Shown: positions 7,508 through 15,584 of the stretch, in pieces | Layout: each line of letters begins with the position of its first letter | Numbering within the stretch: position 1 is the stretch's first letter | Source: a virus | IMG/VR virus record: IMGVR_UViG_3300029248_000015 | DNA length: 42,349 nucleotides | Reading direction: 5' to 3' (one strand) | The notes under the pieces: generated by a model | Database searches by the model: none | The model's input: the letters and a program-made list of their open reading frames with translations, nothing else | What the model was told of the DNA's origin: nothing | Made by a program: the position numbers and the translations under genes

Positions 7508-8208
7508 TGTTTGTGTTAAACAAATGCTATAACATGGACTGCATGGAAGCAATGAAAGAGTTCCGGGACGATTTCTTTGATCTTGCTGTGGTAGACCCGC
7601 CGTATTTTTCGGGGCCTGAACGCAGAGGATTCTACGGGTCAAAAATCAGCAAGATTGGAGTACATCGTGACTATCCGGTTTCGCCGGAATGGACGAAGCC
7701 GGGAAAGGAATACTTCGACGAGCTGCGCCGGGTAAGCCGACACTACATTGTATGGGGCTGCAACTACTTCGATTATAGTTTTGCATCCGGTCGGATCGTG
7801 TGGGACAAGTGCAATGGAAAATCGAGTTTCTCAGACTGTGAGATCGCGGCGACGGATTTGTTCTCTAGTGTTCGGCTGTTTCGGTATATGTGGTCTGGAA
7901 TGATGCAAGGTAAGAGCATCACAGAAGGACATATCATGCAGGGCAATAAAAGCCTGAACGAGAAAAGAATCCATCCAACACAGAAACCAGTTGCGCTGTA
8001 TGATTGGATCTTCAAAAACTACGCAAAGCCTGGACAAAAGGTGCTAGATACTCACCTTGGCAGCGGAAGTAGCAGAATTGCCGCTTATGAAGCCGGAATT
8101 GACTTTATCGGGTTTGAAATTGACAGTTCCTATTTTCACATGGAAGAAGAGAGGTTTGCGGAGCGCACAAGTCAAATGAGCCTACTACACATCGAGGAGG
8201 GAAAGTGA
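7504..8208 (+). CDS. DNA methyltransferase, N6-adenine/N4-cytosine class (DPPY motif)
   Basis: VVDPPYF (motif IV), HPTQKP, and LDTHLGSGSSRIAA (motif I) in beta-class order. Hand-counted GC in a sampled 60-nt line is about 45%, lower than the flanking sequence. Confidence 0.85.
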   Translation: MMFVLNKCYNMDCMEAMKEFRDDFFDLAVVDPPYFSGPERRGFYGSKISKIGVHRDYPVSPEWTKPGKEYFDELRRVSRHYIVWGCNYFDYSFASGRIVWDKCNGKSSFSDCEIAATDLFSSVRLFRYMWSGMMQGKSITEGHIMQGNKSLNEKRIHPTQKPVALYDWIFKNYAKPGQKVLDTHLGSGSSRIAAYEAGIDFIGFEIDSSYFHMEEERFAERTSQMSLLHIEEGK

Positions 8209-8708
8209 TGACCCGCACATGGACACCTGAAAGCGAACAACCAAAACCCCGCACCGGTGTGGACTATCGCGAGGTAAAGGCGTGGTTCCAGCAGTGCAGA
8301 GACCTGGCGGAGCAGGTCGAGGCCCAGAAGCAGAAGATCCAGCGCATCCGGGACACTGCCGAAAAATGCACCCAGAGCATGAGCGGGATGCCGATGGGCG
8401 GTGGAGCCGGTGACAAGGTGGGCTTTGCCGTGGAGAGAATTGACACAGAAGAGCGGAACCTCAAGCAGATGGAGCTTGATCTCTGCGAACTGCGCATCGA
8501 AGCTGCCCGGCGGGCCTACTGCCTGAGCGGGTCTGCTCGGTCTGAAAAGCAAGCAAAGTGCATCTGCGGCTGGTATATCGACCTGAAACCACAAAAGAAG
8601 ATCGCGGTAGACGTGGGCTTGTCCAGAGACAATTCGGTCTCTACCTACATCCACGAGGGGTTTGACGCTTTGGCAGAAATCTGGGAGGATGTACAAAACG
8701 ACCATTGA
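8205..8708 (+). CDS. DUF1492-like sigma-region-4-type HTH protein (putative late-gene activator)
   Basis: The architecture (coiled N-terminus, SGMP...GD, ERIDTEERNL, C-terminal HTH ...KKIAVDVGLSRDNSVSTYIHEGFDAL) and the position before the terminase genes are typical of DUF1492/RinA-like regulators (recollection). Start is GTG 8205 or ATG 8208. Confidence 0.6.
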   Translation: MMTRTWTPESEQPKPRTGVDYREVKAWFQQCRDLAEQVEAQKQKIQRIRDTAEKCTQSMSGMPMGGGAGDKVGFAVERIDTEERNLKQMELDLCELRIEAARRAYCLSGSARSEKQAKCICGWYIDLKPQKKIAVDVGLSRDNSVSTYIHEGFDALAEIWEDVQNDH

Positions 8709-9192
8709 AAGCGCTTTGATTTCTACACTTTATTTGAATCGTTGTGAAACACATGTGAATCGAAGTGTGGTAAAATGACTACAAGCGGAACCGCGCAAAG
8801 CGGTGCGCCGCTCCTCAGCAGCTTCCAAAGTGCGGCCCCGTACGAATTCTCCTTTCGTTCATGCCGCTTAACGCTTTTCACTCTGACACCGTGCTTTGCG
8901 GGCTGCTTCTATGTGCGAGATTCCGAAACGGCTCCGCTCAGAGCTGCGCAACTTTGAGCGTATTGGGAAGGTTCGAGGCTTTCCTCTCCGCGCGGTTTGA
9001 CTCCGCGATCTCGCACCAAACGCCGCAAAGTCTGTAACGCGGCAGGTCTGACGCATGGAGTGATTCACCACCGGTGTGCGGGTGGGTGTGGGATTCCTGA
9101 AATCTTGCCCACGCCCTGAAACCTCCGCCCGTGAACAGCAGCACCGGAAATCCGAGCGGGCCAGCATGCCCCGCAGGATGTGCGCCAACCAA

Positions 9193-9222
9193 CAGCCCCG
9201 GCGGCGAACCGGAGCTGTTTTT
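9193..9222 (+). terminator. Intrinsic terminator-like hairpin plus T-run
   Basis: CAGCCCCGG-cggcgaa-CCGGAGCTG (one mismatch) followed by TTTTT. Confidence 0.5.
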
Positions 9223-9227
9223 ATATG

Positions 9228-9295
9228 GCCGCCTGAGCGCAGTTTGGAGCGCGGCGCGTGTGTGTAGACACGGCTGGTTCGATTCCAAGGGCGGC
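9228..9295 (+). other. tRNA-like element (non-canonical / degenerate, Thr-like acceptor)
   Basis: Acceptor GCCGCCT/GGGCGGC, D-arm GCGC-agtttgga-GCGC and a TTCGATT T-loop are present. The anticodon arm is CGTGT-gtgtag-ACACG with a 6-nt loop, the T-stem has only 3 bp, and the element is 68 nt long. Followed by TTTTT. Confidence 0.4.
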
Positions 9296-9302
9296 TTTTT
9301 AT

Positions 9303-9377
9303 ATTCCCGTAGTTCAAAATCGGTAGAGCAGCGGTCTCCAAAACCGCATGTTGCAGGTTCGAGCCCTGCCGGGAGTG
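9303..9377 (+). tRNA. tRNA-Trp (anticodon CCA)
   Basis: Hand-folded cloverleaf: acceptor ATTCCCG/CGGGAGT (one G-U pair), D-arm GTTC..GAGC, anticodon arm GCGGT-CTCCAAA-ACCGC, T-arm GCAGG-TTCGAGC-CCTGC. No encoded CCA. Confidence 0.8.
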
Positions 9378-9509
9378 CTTGCGTGCCCTATGAGGGGGCC
9401 GCGCAATAGCGGGGCATCCGGCCGCGAAAGTTCCGGATGCAGCAGCGCCCACCGTTTGACGCATGTCCAACGAACTGAATGCACGGGTGCTGCTTATTTT
9501 GATATTTTG

Positions 9510-9540
9510 ACCGTTCGGATTTCCGGGCGGTTTTTCTTTT
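9510..9540 (+). terminator. Intrinsic terminator after the tRNA region
   Basis: ACCGTTCGG-attt-CCGGGCGGT (two G-U pairs) followed by TTTTCTTTT. Confidence 0.55.
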
Positions 9541-9565
9541 GCGCAAGTTTAGAGAGGTGGTGGCG

Positions 9566-10030
9566 GTGGGGGCAAAACTGACAGACCGACAGAAAAAGAA
9601 AATCATTGCGGACTATGTACAGCTCCACAATTACCGCAAAACTGCCAAGCTGAACAACGTCGCCGAAAGCACTGTGCGCAAGGTTGTGAGAGAAAATCCG
9701 GTATGTGCAGATTTGTGCGCCTTAAAAAAAGAGCAGAACACCCGGGATATGCTTTCATATCTGGACAGCAAGCGCGGGGAAGCACAGGATCTTCTCGGGC
9801 TGTACCTTCAGGCGATGGCAGACCCTGACAAAATCGCAGAAGCGACGCTGCCGCAGCTGTCCACGGCGTTCGGCACCATTGTGGACAAGTTTGCCATGCT
9901 GAGAGACCAGAGCGGCATAGAAGCCCCGGACGATGGCCTGCTTGAGGCCCTGAGCGCTGCCGCAGACCTCAGCCCGCCGGATGATGTGGAGATGCTGCCA
10001 AAGGAAGAGGACGACAATGCGGAAAAGTAA
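9566..10030 (+). CDS. Terminase small subunit (HTH-type); start uncertain (track ORF begins at TTG 9539)
   Basis: GTG at 9566 follows AGAGAGGTGG. KLTDRQKKKIIADYVQLHNYRKTAKLNNVAESTVRKVV is a TerS-like HTH. Acidic C-terminus. Lies directly upstream of TerL and overlaps it. Confidence 0.7.
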   Translation: MGAKLTDRQKKKIIADYVQLHNYRKTAKLNNVAESTVRKVVRENPVCADLCALKKEQNTRDMLSYLDSKRGEAQDLLGLYLQAMADPDKIAEATLPQLSTAFGTIVDKFAMLRDQSGIEAPDDGLLEALSAAADLSPPDDVEMLPKEEDDNAEK

Positions 10031-11264
10031 CGGCTTTCGCTGGAAAGCCCTCAGCCAGCGGCAAAAGCAGGTCTTGAGCTGGTGGACACCGCAGAGCGCA
10101 TACAGCGGCTACAACGGCATCATTGCCGATGGCGCTATCCGTTCGGGCAAGACCTTTGCCATGAGCTTTTCGTTCGTCCAGTGGGCTATGACCTGCTACA
10201 GCGGCCAGCAGTTTGCCATGTGTGGAAAAACCATCGCCAGTTTCCGGCGCAACGTGCTGGGCACACTCAAGCAGCAGCTTGCAGCCCGTGGTTACAACGT
10301 CAAGGAGCACCGGGCTGAAAACTGCATGACCGTCAGCAAGGGCGGAAAAACCAACGAATTTTACTTTTTCGGCGGCAAGGACGAGAGCAGCCAGGACCTG
10401 ATCCAGGGCATCACACTTGCCGGGGCATTCTTTGACGAGGTGGCCCTGATGCCGCAGAGCTTCGTCAATCAGGCCACGGCCCGCTGCTCTGTCACCGGGT
10501 CAAAGTTCTGGTTCAACTGCAACCCGGGCAGCCCGCAGCACTGGTTTTATCTGGAGTGGGTGCGCAAGTGCCGTTCCCGCAGGATGATGTATCTCCATTT
10601 CACGATGGACGACAACCTTTCGCTTTCAGAGGACATCAAGGCCAGATACCGCAGCCAGTACAGCGGAGTTTTCTATCAGCGTTACATTCTGGGCCTGTGG
10701 ACGGTGGCAGAGGGCCTTGTCTATGACATGTTCGACCGCAAGAAGCACGTCGTTGATGTGCTGCCGGAGCTGTCTCCAAAGAGCGCCTATGTGGCGTGCG
10801 ACTTCGGCACCCAGAACGCAACGGTTTTTTTGCTGTTCCGGAAGCAGGCAGATGCAGACTGCTGGATCGTCACACGGGAGTACTACTACAGCGGCCGCGA
10901 ACAGAAGCGGCAAAAGACCGTGGGCGAGTACGTAACAGACCTCAAGGCGTGGCTGAACGGGCTCAAGCCGGAAAGGATCATCGTTGACCCCTCTGCCCTG
11001 CCCCTGATTACAGAGCTGCGCAAGAACGGCTTTACCCAGACTCCCGCAAACAACGACGTTCTGAGCGGCATTCTGGACGTTCAGACCATGCTGCAGACCG
11101 GGCGGCTGAAGGTCTACAAGGACTGCAAGCACACGCTGGAAGAATTCGGCGTGTACGCTTGGGACCCGGACAAAGACGACACCGTGCTGAAGGTCAACGA
11201 CCACTGCATGGACGCTATCCGCTATTTCGTGCGCACAAAGCGCCTTGTAAAACTGAGGGATTGA
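10017..11264 (+). CDS. Terminase large subunit
   Basis: ATG at 10017 after AAGGAAGAGGA. Walker A ADGAIRSGKT. Length 415 aa. C-terminal nuclease-type ...VNDHCMDAIRYFV. Confidence 0.9.
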   Translation: MRKSNGFRWKALSQRQKQVLSWWTPQSAYSGYNGIIADGAIRSGKTFAMSFSFVQWAMTCYSGQQFAMCGKTIASFRRNVLGTLKQQLAARGYNVKEHRAENCMTVSKGGKTNEFYFFGGKDESSQDLIQGITLAGAFFDEVALMPQSFVNQATARCSVTGSKFWFNCNPGSPQHWFYLEWVRKCRSRRMMYLHFTMDDNLSLSEDIKARYRSQYSGVFYQRYILGLWTVAEGLVYDMFDRKKHVVDVLPELSPKSAYVACDFGTQNATVFLLFRKQADADCWIVTREYYYSGREQKRQKTVGEYVTDLKAWLNGLKPERIIVDPSALPLITELRKNGFTQTPANNDVLSGILDVQTMLQTGRLKVYKDCKHTLEEFGVYAWDPDKDDTVLKVNDHCMDAIRYFVRTKRLVKLRD

Positions 11265-11266
11265 TT

Positions 11267-12655
11267 TTGAGCACTGTATACACATTCCAGACCTTCCAGC
11301 AGGCGCAAGCCGCCGGGGAACAGCCTGATTTCATCCGACGGTTCGTGCAGCAGCACTGCAGTTCCGGACCGTACAAGATGGCGCTGGACGCCGACCTGTA
11401 CGACGCCCAGAAAAACCCGGGGGCTGAACGCTTCGCGCAGGCTTACGCTTTGATGCTGAAACGCCTGTCCAAAAACACCAAGCAGGACATCCTGCACCCC
11501 GATATGGTCAAGAGCAATCTTTTCCGGCGGCTGAACAAGCAACGCGCTACCTACTCCCTTGGCAACGGCGTGGTCTTTGCGGACGATGGCGTGGACAAGG
11601 ACAAGCTGGGGCAGAACTTTGACGAGCAGATCCAGAAAGCCGGATACTTTGCCCTGATCCACGGCGAGAGCTTCGGATTTTGGAACAACGACCACTTGGT
11701 GGTTTTCAAGTTGACCGAGTTTGCGCCCCTGTACGATGAAAAAACAAGCCTTTTGCAGGCGGGTGTGCGCTTCTGGCGGCTGAATCCTGACACGGATATG
11801 CACTACATCCTGTACGAGCTGGACGGCTTTACCGAGTATACGGAAAGCAAAATCGGCAATGTGATGCAAGAGACAACGCCGAAGCAGGCATACAAGAGCG
11901 TGACCGTCACCACACCCGGCGGCGGGCTGGAAAGCGTGGAGGGCGAAAACTACAGCGCTCTTCCCATTGTGCCGCTGTGGGGCTCCGACCTCCACCAGAG
12001 CACCCTTGTGGGGCTGAAAGCCTACATCGACAACACCGATCTGGTGATGTCCGGCTTCTGCAATGACCTGCAGGACTTTTCGCAGATCTACTGGCTGTGC
12101 GAGAACTTCAACGGCATGACCGATGACGAGCTGCAGGAGTTCCTTGTCAAGCTGAATTTGTACCACATTGCAGGCGCAGACACCAGCGAGGGCGGCAAGA
12201 TCACCCCCTACACCACTGAGATTCCTGTGACGGCTCGGCAGGCTCTTTTGGAGCTGCTCCACACCCGGGTGTATGAGGACTTCGGCGGTCTGGATGTGCA
12301 CTGTGTCAGCGCGGACAGCACCAACGACCATCTGGATGCAGCCTATGAGCCGCTGAACCAGAACGCGGACGACTTCGAGGCGCAGGTAAAGCCGTTCATC
12401 CGGCAGATCTGCGCACTGGCTGGCTTTGAAAACGCTATGCCGGCATTCAACCGCAGCAAGATCACCAACACGGCTGAACAGGTCGGCATGGTGATTTCTG
12501 AGGCGCCGATCATTGGGCAGGACATGGCCATTGACCTGCTGCCCAACCTGACCCCGGAACAAAAGGAGCAGGCCAAGGCCGCGCTGATGGCTGAGAGCGC
12601 AACGAGAGAAACAACGGACGATGACACAGACGAAGAGGACAATAATGATGAGTAA
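11267..12655 (+). CDS. Portal protein (SPP1 gp6-like by size and position)
   Basis: TTG at 11267 (or 11261) after GAGGGA. About 462 aa, directly after TerL. Acidic C-terminal tail TTDDDTDEEDNNDE. Confidence 0.8.
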   Translation: MSTVYTFQTFQQAQAAGEQPDFIRRFVQQHCSSGPYKMALDADLYDAQKNPGAERFAQAYALMLKRLSKNTKQDILHPDMVKSNLFRRLNKQRATYSLGNGVVFADDGVDKDKLGQNFDEQIQKAGYFALIHGESFGFWNNDHLVVFKLTEFAPLYDEKTSLLQAGVRFWRLNPDTDMHYILYELDGFTEYTESKIGNVMQETTPKQAYKSVTVTTPGGGLESVEGENYSALPIVPLWGSDLHQSTLVGLKAYIDNTDLVMSGFCNDLQDFSQIYWLCENFNGMTDDELQEFLVKLNLYHIAGADTSEGGKITPYTTEIPVTARQALLELLHTRVYEDFGGLDVHCVSADSTNDHLDAAYEPLNQNADDFEAQVKPFIRQICALAGFENAMPAFNRSKITNTAEQVGMVISEAPIIGQDMAIDLLPNLTPEQKEQAKAALMAESATRETTDDDTDEEDNNDE

Positions 12656-12806
12656 GAATGAAGACTACCCGCTTGTTCAGGCTTTTATTAACGCCCTGAA
12701 CGCAAAATCTCAGGGTGAAGTTGAAAAACAGGCCGAGATTATGTACGACCAAGTGTTCCGAAACCGTTATAGCGGAAGAGACGGCCATGAAACAAACCGA
12801 CCGTGA
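12645..12806 (+). CDS. Small hypothetical protein (53 aa)
   Basis: ATG after GAGGA. Overlaps the portal stop and the next gene's start. MMSKNEDYPLVQAFINALNAKSQGEVEKQAEIMYDQVF.... Confidence 0.4.
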   Translation: MMSKNEDYPLVQAFINALNAKSQGEVEKQAEIMYDQVFRNRYSGRDGHETNRP

Positions 12807-13815
12807 CCGCATCTCTACCCGTCAGCTGAACCGCCTGCGCCGCCGCATTTTGCGGGTATACGGAACTGCCCGCCGGGAGATGACCGAGCAACTCACCGAG
12901 TTTCTGGCAAAGTACAAAGCGCTGGACGAGCGTAAGCGGGCGCAGCTGGATGCGGGCGAGATCACCGAAGAGGATTACCGCATCTGGCTGCAAAATCAGG
13001 TCTTTCAGTCCGATTTGATGCACGCCAAGCTGGACGGTATCACGCAGACCTGCACCACAGCCCAGCAGACGGCCTACAAGCTGGCCAGGGATGAGCAATA
13101 CAACATCTTTTCCTTTGGCGCAAACTGGGCTTTCTACGAGCTGGAACAGGCCGCAGGCGTGACGTTCGGGCTGACCCTGTACAACACCGAAGCGGTGCGG
13201 CTGCTTTTGCAGGAGCGCCCCCGGCTTGTACCCAACAAGCGTATCAAAAGCGAGAGCAACAAAACCTATGATGCAAAGGTATTCAACCGCTACGTCATGC
13301 AGGGCATCGTGCAGGGCAAAAGCGTCCACGACATCGCCGTGCAAGCCGTCAACGGCATGGCTGATACAGAGATCCACTGGGCTATGAACAACGCCATCAC
13401 AGCCCTTACCAGCGCCCAGAACGCCGGGGCTTTGCAGCAGATGCGCAACGCCCAGGCTTTGGGCATCGAGGTCAAAAAGCGGTGGAACTCCACCCACGAC
13501 TACCGTACCCGTGATACCCACCGCCTGCTGGACCAGCAGACGGCAGAGCTTGACGAGCCTTTCAAGGTCATGGGCTACGAGATTCAGCGCCCCGGCGACC
13601 CCAACGCCGCCCCGGAGATGGTTTACCACTGCCGCTGTGTGCTGTCCTCTGCGCTGGGCAAGTATCCCCGGCAGAACGCTATGCAGCGGGACAACGTAAC
13701 AAAAGAGGTCACGCCTGTCATGGATTACACCGAGTGGTATAAATCCAAGGGCGGCAAGGAAGCCGAACAGATGTGGTGGGCGGAAGAGCGAAAGAGAAAG
13801 AGGGAGCGAAAATGA
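12787..13815 (+). CDS. Head morphogenesis protein (Mu F / SPP1 gp7 family)
   Basis: ...WNSTHDYRTRDTHRLLDQQ...PGDPNAAPEMVYHCRCVL matches the Mu-F-like D-x-R-T-R-x-x-H ... N-C-R-C signature. Confidence 0.85.
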   Translation: MKQTDRDRISTRQLNRLRRRILRVYGTARREMTEQLTEFLAKYKALDERKRAQLDAGEITEEDYRIWLQNQVFQSDLMHAKLDGITQTCTTAQQTAYKLARDEQYNIFSFGANWAFYELEQAAGVTFGLTLYNTEAVRLLLQERPRLVPNKRIKSESNKTYDAKVFNRYVMQGIVQGKSVHDIAVQAVNGMADTEIHWAMNNAITALTSAQNAGALQQMRNAQALGIEVKKRWNSTHDYRTRDTHRLLDQQTAELDEPFKVMGYEIQRPGDPNAAPEMVYHCRCVLSSALGKYPRQNAMQRDNVTKEVTPVMDYTEWYKSKGGKEAEQMWWAEERKRKRERK

Positions 13816-13856
13816 AGCATAAAAATAAGGCCCTGCCGCCCGGCAGAGCCTAAAGG

Positions 13857-14138
13857 TCACAGACCTTTGATTTGGTTGAGCAAAGCCGCACGCAGGGCAT
13901 CGGTTTCAGCGTCCGCTTGTGGCTTGTTCGGGTCATCCGGGATATATTCCAGTATATCGCCGGGCTGACAATGAAGCGCCTCACAAATTTTGTCAAGCGC
14001 CCCAACGGGAAACTGCTTGATAGTGCCAAGACAGATTGCTGATATGGTAGGCGGTCTAATCCCAGTAGCTTCAGCGAGTTCCTTTTGGGTCATGTTTGCG
14101 TCTGCGAGCAAAGCCTTTAAGTGATAGCTTATCGACAT
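13857..14138 (-). CDS. XRE-family HTH transcriptional regulator (repressor-like), embedded in the structural module
   Basis: ATG at 14138 after AAGAGGTG. MSISYHLKALLADANMTQKELAEATGIRPPTISAICLG.... The track ORF start at 14192 lies inside the gene's own promoter. Confidence 0.8.
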   Translation of the reverse strand: MSISYHLKALLADANMTQKELAEATGIRPPTISAICLGTIKQFPVGALDKICEALHCQPGDILEYIPDDPNKPQADAETDALRAALLNQIKGL

Positions 14139-14163
14139 TTCTAACACCTCTTTTCCTACATCT

Positions 14164-14192
14164 ATAATACTACGCCATCCGTTAATGGTCAA
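14164..14192 (-). promoter_or_regulatory. Sigma-70-type promoter for the XRE gene (TTGACC-17-TATTAT on the minus strand)
   Basis: Minus strand reads TCGTATTGACCattaacggatggcgtagTATTAT, about 20 nt upstream of the RBS. Confidence 0.6.
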
Positions 14193-14235
14193 TACGAAAA
14201 ACGTAAAAATATTTTGAAAAATTACGTAAATCGTA

Positions 14236-14264
14236 TTGACGAATTACGCAATTCGTAGTATAAT
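14236..14264 (+). promoter_or_regulatory. Near-consensus sigma-70 promoter (TTGACG-17-TATAAT) divergent from the XRE gene, with repeated ATTACG(T/C)AA(A/T)TCGTA operator-like sites
   Basis: TCGTATTGACGaattacgcaattcgtagTATAAT. The direct repeats attacgtaaatcgta and attacgcaattcgta overlap the -35 element and the spacer. Confidence 0.65.
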
Positions 14265-14322
14265 AGATGCATGGAAAGGAGGTCGGAGGTGCAAGGGAGC
14301 AAATACCGGGAGGGGATGCTCC

Positions 14323-14421
14323 GTGACTAGCAAGGAGTTTGCAAAGCTCACCAGAGCCGAGCAGTTGGCACGGTTTGACGCATATAAAAAAGCGGCCAGC
14401 GCTGGAACGCTGAACCGCTAA
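14323..14421 (+). CDS. Possible very small ORF (32 aa), uncertain
   Basis: GTG after GGGAGGGG. VTSKEFAKLTRAEQLARFDAYKKAASAGTLNR. The upstream part of track ORF 14236..14421 overlaps the promoter. Confidence 0.3.
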   Translation: MTSKEFAKLTRAEQLARFDAYKKAASAGTLNR

Positions 14422-14512
14422 GACACAAGAAAGCAACCAGTCAAGAAGCCCCTTGCACCTCCATTTTATTTTTTTATAAGCGATTTGTCAAGTAAAATGT
14501 GAGGTTTTAGTA

Positions 14513-14800
14513 ATGGAAACACCAAAAATCACGAAGGTGGAGCTTGAACTGGATGCTGTTTCTGGCGAACTCCGAGTAATGCACGACCTGTTGAACATCT
14601 TTGCCAACTGGTTTGAGGAAACGCACAAGACCGATATGATCAAGCGGGAGCGCACCAGCGAGCTTGTGAGCCAGATTTGGAACGAAGCCCCGATGTACAG
14701 CTCCATGCTGACGGCCCTGTTCGCATCCCTTACCGGGTTGGAAAAGGAAGTAGACGAAGTGCTTAACTATCAAATTGCAGAACAAGAGGTAAACGCATGA
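14513..14800 (+). CDS. Hypothetical protein (95 aa)
   Basis: ATG after GTGAGG. ATGA overlap with the next gene. Confidence 0.6.
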   Translation: METPKITKVELELDAVSGELRVMHDLLNIFANWFEETHKTDMIKRERTSELVSQIWNEAPMYSSMLTALFASLTGLEKEVDEVLNYQIAEQEVNA

Positions 14801-15543
14801 GTAACATTCAGATTTTCAACTACCAGTCCAACGAAGTCCGCACCGTAGAGATGGGCGGCGAACCGTGGTTTGTCCTCAAGGACGTTTGCAACATTCTCGG
14901 CGTGGTCAATGACCGCAATGTTGCCGCACGGCTGGATGAAGACGAAAAGGGTGTCTGTCAGATGGACACCCTTGGCGGCACGCAAAATGTAACAGTGGTC
15001 AGCGAATCCGGCCTTTACCACGTCATTCTCCGCAGCGACAAGCCGGAAGCGGCTCCGTTCCGCAAGTGGGTCACGTCCGAGGTGCTGCCGTCCATCCGCA
15101 AGAATGGCGGTTACATCGCCGGACAGGAGCAGCTCACCCCGGAGGAGCTGATGGCAAAGGCTCTGCTTGTGGCAAACAAGACCCTTGCAGACCGGGAAGC
15201 CCGCATTTGTGAGCTGACCGCACAGAACAGCCAGCTCACCGTAGAGAAGCAGATCATGCAGCCCAAGGCAGAATACTTCGACGAACTGGTTGACCGCAAC
15301 CTGTTGACCAATTTCCGGGAGACAGCCAAGGAGCTTGGCATCAAGCCCAAAGCCTTTGTGGCATGGCTGCTGGAAAAGAAATTCCTTTACCGTGACCAGA
15401 AAGGCAAGCTGCTGCCCCGAGAGGACAAGAACAACGGCTTGTTTGAGATCAAGGAAGCCAAGAATGACAAGACCCAGTGGAGCGGCGTGCAGACGCTTAT
15501 CACTCCCAAAGGCCGTGAGACCTTCCGGCTGCTGTACCTGTAA
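14797..15543 (+). CDS. Phage antirepressor (Bro-N N-terminal domain plus KilAC/ANT C-terminal domain)
   Basis: ...IQIFNYQSNEVRTVEMGGEPWFVLKDVCNILG...SESGLYHVILRSDKPEAAPFRKWVTSEVLPSIRKNGGY is the Bro-N signature. The C-terminal ...LLTNFRETAKELGIKPKAFVAWLLEKKFLYRD is KilAC-like. Confidence 0.85.
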   Translation: MSNIQIFNYQSNEVRTVEMGGEPWFVLKDVCNILGVVNDRNVAARLDEDEKGVCQMDTLGGTQNVTVVSESGLYHVILRSDKPEAAPFRKWVTSEVLPSIRKNGGYIAGQEQLTPEELMAKALLVANKTLADREARICELTAQNSQLTVEKQIMQPKAEYFDELVDRNLLTNFRETAKELGIKPKAFVAWLLEKKFLYRDQKGKLLPREDKNNGLFEIKEAKNDKTQWSGVQTLITPKGRETFRLLYL

Positions 15544-15555
15544 CTGAATCACCGA

Positions 15556-15584
15556 CCCTGCCCCACACCGGGGCGGGGTTTTGT
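15556..15584 (+). terminator. Intrinsic terminator closing the XRE/antirepressor island
   Basis: CCCTGCCCC-acacc-GGGGCGGGG followed by TTTT. Confidence 0.65.

Noticed and set aside
8925-9003. A second tRNA suggested by a T-arm-like GAAGG-TTCGAGG-CTTTC and a GCTC..GAGC D-arm-like hairpin.
   Set aside because: No complementary acceptor stem can be formed, the anticodon-like hairpin has an 8-nt loop, and the D-loop lacks the GG. At most it is a decayed remnant, and it is mentioned only within the region-level finding.
8709-9300. Possibility that the ORF-free region is a tmRNA (because of the TTCGATT T-loop and the GCC-type acceptor).
   Set aside because: The only 5' partner for the 3' acceptor strand is 60 nt away, which is tRNA-sized rather than tmRNA-sized. 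I found no resume-codon or tag reading frame ending in a typical ...AA stop, and the T-stem is defective.
8868-9470. 200-aa and 116-aa minus-strand ORFs, plus small + strand ORFs, in the 8.7-9.5 kb gap.
   Set aside because: The peptides are Arg/Pro/Cys/Gly-rich nonsense-like and there is no RBS. The ORFs run through a well-folded tRNA-Trp and terminator hairpins. The region is better explained as non-coding RNA or regulatory DNA.
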